Shown one piece after another: positions 29,910 to 32,000 of a stretch of DNA of 32,000 nt. The notes beneath the pieces were generated by a model, which worked only from the letters and a program-made list of their open reading frames with translations, was not told the origin of the DNA and did no database searches. Positions within the stretch are counted from its first letter, which is position 1; each line of letters starts with the position of its first letter. Source of the stretch: Aliivibrio fischeri ES114 (GTDB lineage: Bacteria > Pseudomonadota > Gammaproteobacteria > Enterobacterales > Vibrionaceae); NCBI RefSeq assembly GCF_000011805.1, contig NC_006840.2; one strand, given 5' to 3'. The translations under genes were made by a program, and so were the position numbers.

Positions 29910-30491
29910 TTATGCTTCCATCTCTTTTTCAATCAATTGAATCACAATATGGATAATTTTAATGTGAATCTCTTGAATACGATCTGCGTAACCAAAATGT
30001 GGTACACGGATTTCAACATCCGCAAGACCCGCCATTTTACCGCCATCTTTACCCGTTAATGCAATTGTCTTCATGCCTTTTTCTTTTGCGGCTTCAATTG
30101 CTTTAATAATATTGCCTGAGTTACCTGATGTAGATAAACCAAACAATACATCACCTTTTGAACCAACCGCTTGTGTATAACGAGAAAAGACATGGTCATA
30201 GCCAAAGTCATTACTTACACAAGATAAATGACTAGGATCTGAAATCGCAATACCAGGGTATCCAGGGCGATTTTCACGGTAGCGACCTGTTAACTCTTCA
30301 GCAAAGTGCATTGCATCACAGTGTGAACCACCATTACCACAAGACAGTACTTTACCACCTTGTTTAAATGAATCAGCAATCGTTTTAGCAGCTAGCTCAA
30401 TTTGAGCAATGTTTTTATCATCAGCTAAAAAGTCATTCAGTACTTGAGCGGCTTCTGTTAATTCAGAACGGATCAGATCTTGATAAGACAT
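29910..30491 (-). CDS. gmhA: Phosphoheptose (sedoheptulose 7-phosphate) isomerase
   Basis: 193-aa SIS-domain protein: [34 protein letters not shown]. Confidence 0.95.
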   Translation of the reverse strand: MSYQDLIRSELTEAAQVLNDFLADDKNIAQIELAAKTIADSFKQGGKVLSCGNGGSHCDAMHFAEELTGRYRENRPGYPGIAISDPSHLSCVSNDFGYDHVFSRYTQAVGSKGDVLFGLSTSGNSGNIIKAIEAAKEKGMKTIALTGKDGGKMAGLADVEIRVPHFGYADRIQEIHIKIIHIVIQLIEKEMEA

Positions 30492-30736
30492 AGGATACTC
30501 TCTTTTATTATTTTCCCTAATTGGGGCTAATCTCAGTGTACCTATCCCCTTTTATCTTTAAAAGAGATTCACTCTATATTTCTTCTCTCTTCTCCAAAAA
30601 TATCACTCTTTCCCCTGCAAAAAAGCAGATACCACTCACTGAAAAATGAATATTGTTTATTAATTACTCAACCTAGATCACTTTTTAATCACGAGTGTTA
30701 TTTACTTTTTATTAACATTAGAGCTACACTTAATTT

Positions 30737-30753
30737 AACTGGTTAGACCTCTT
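30737..30753. promoter_or_regulatory. FadR-type operator upstream of fadE
   Basis: AACTGGTTAGACCTCTT resembles the FadR consensus AACTGGTCNGACCTGTT. Confidence 0.7.
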
Positions 30754-30833
30754 ACCTAAATAATAAATTTACGACATGTAATCGTAATACCTCTGTTCCT
30801 ACAAACAGAGCAGCGCCGGAAAAGGAGAATCAC

Positions 30834-32000
30834 ATGGCCCTGACACTATTAGCAACAGTAATTGCACTTGCTGCATTAAGCTATCATCGACAATCTTTGA
30901 AAACCTCAACCTTGGTTATTGCAGGTATTCTTGCCATTAGCTCTGGGTTAGGTTACGCTGGTTTTATTTCTTGGACTGTCTTTCTACTGGTCTCAGTTCC
31001 ACTAAATATTCCTTCAATTCGACAATCTCTATTCAGTAATAAAGCACTTTCTCTATTCAAAGGCGTTATGCCGGAGATGTCACAAACCGAAAAAGATGCG
31101 ATTGAAGCCGGTACAGTTTGGTGGGAAGCCGAATTATTTAAAGGTAACCCTGATTGGAAATTTCTTCATGGTATTCCTAAAAATACGCTATCAGATGAAG
31201 AACAAGCTTTTATGGATGGTCCAGTAACAGAAGTGTGTCGCATGGTTAATGACTATGAAGTCACCCATGAGCTTGCCGATCTTCCACCAGAAGTATGGCA
31301 ATACCTAAAAGATCATAAGTTCTTCGCTATGATCATTAAAAAGAAATACGGCGGCTTAGAATTTTCTGCTTACGCTCAGTCTTGCGTACTTCAAAAATTA
31401 ACTAGCGTATCTGGCGTACTCTCTATCACTGTCGGTGTTCCTAATTCATTAGGTCCTGGTGAGTTATTACAGCATTACGGTACAGAGGAACAAAAAAACT
31501 ATTATTTACCTCGCTTAGCTGAAGGTAAAGAGATCCCATGTTTTGCACTAACAAGTCCAGAAGCTGGTTCTGATGCAGGCTCGATTCCTGACTATGGTGT
31601 TGTGACTAAAGGCATGTGGGAAGGTGAAGAAGTCGTAGGTATGCGTATTACTTGGAACAAACGCTATATCACACTCGCCCCTGTCGCTACCGTTTTAGGT
31701 TTAGCTTTCAAACTTCAAGATCCAGATGGTTTACTTGGTGATAAAAAAGATCTTGGTATTACTTGTGCTCTTATCCCGACGGATTTAGATGGTGTTAAAA
31801 TTGGCCGTCGTCATTTCCCATTAAACGTACCATTCCAAAATGGTCCAACTCAAGGTAACGATCTATTTGTTCCGCTGGATTACATTATTGGTGGAGAAAA
31901 AATGGCAGGACATGGCTGGCGTATGCTGGTGGAATGCTTGTCGGTTGGTCGTGGTATTACACTGCCATCTAATGCCACTGGTGGAGCGAAAACAGCAGCA
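30834..32000 (+). CDS. fadE: Acyl-CoA dehydrogenase FadE (5' part, truncated by window end)
   Basis: Open frame from ATG 30834 (RBS AAAGGAG) to the window edge: [25 protein letters not shown]...[21 protein letters not shown]...; next to gmhA and yafJ-like gene. Not in the ORF track because it has no stop in the window. Confidence 0.93.
   Translation, partial: MALTLLATVIALAALSYHRQSLKTSTLVIAGILAISSGLGYAGFISWTVFLLVSVPLNIPSIRQSLFSNKALSLFKGVMPEMSQTEKDAIEAGTVWWEAELFKGNPDWKFLHGIPKNTLSDEEQAFMDGPVTEVCRMVNDYEVTHELADLPPEVWQYLKDHKFFAMIIKKKYGGLEFSAYAQSCVLQKLTSVSGVLSITVGVPNSLGPGELLQHYGTEEQKNYYLPRLAEGKEIPCFALTSPEAGSDAGSIPDYGVVTKGMWEGEEVVGMRITWNKRYITLAPVATVLGLAFKLQDPDGLLGDKKDLGITCALIPTDLDGVKIGRRHFPLNVPFQNGPTQGNDLFVPLDYIIGGEKMAGHGWRMLVECLSVGRGITLPSNATGGAKTAA

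Noticed and set aside
1-32000. CRISPR arrays, tRNA/rRNA, transposases, integrases, toxin-antitoxin or defence systems
   Set aside because: Looked for regular repeats, mobile-element proteins and typical defence motifs while reading; none seen. tRNAs were not formally scanned.

Overview
This 32 kb window looks like ordinary, conserved core chromosome from a Vibrionaceae bacterium, most like Aliivibrio/Vibrio. That assignment rests on protein resemblance and gene order; no database search was run. Left to right it carries: the PTS operon ptsH-ptsI-crr; a Dyp-type peroxidase; small uncharacterised proteins; a periplasmic nitrate reductase cluster napFDABC (minus strand) ending in an unlisted 43-aa membrane peptide; divergent narQ-narP; an orphan PAAR protein; a Spx-like reductase-dapE-M15 peptidase cluster; bamC-dapA; gcvR and bcp; a PerM-like transporter with a TusA-like protein; bepA-arsC-DUF2069; a DUF2066 protein; uraA, upp and purM-purN; a YafJ-like amidotransferase; gmhA; and the 5' part of fadE. 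I found no CRISPR array, transposase, prophage, toxin-antitoxin, defence island or convincing new multi-gene system. The observations most worth a second look are small or regulatory: the short ORF downstream of napC, FNR-like and NarP-like sites between napF and narQ, a PurR-like operator before purM, a FadR-like operator before fadE, two intergenic palindromes that may be repeat elements, a hairpin between ptsI and crr, and a small lipoprotein gene 1 nt after narP.
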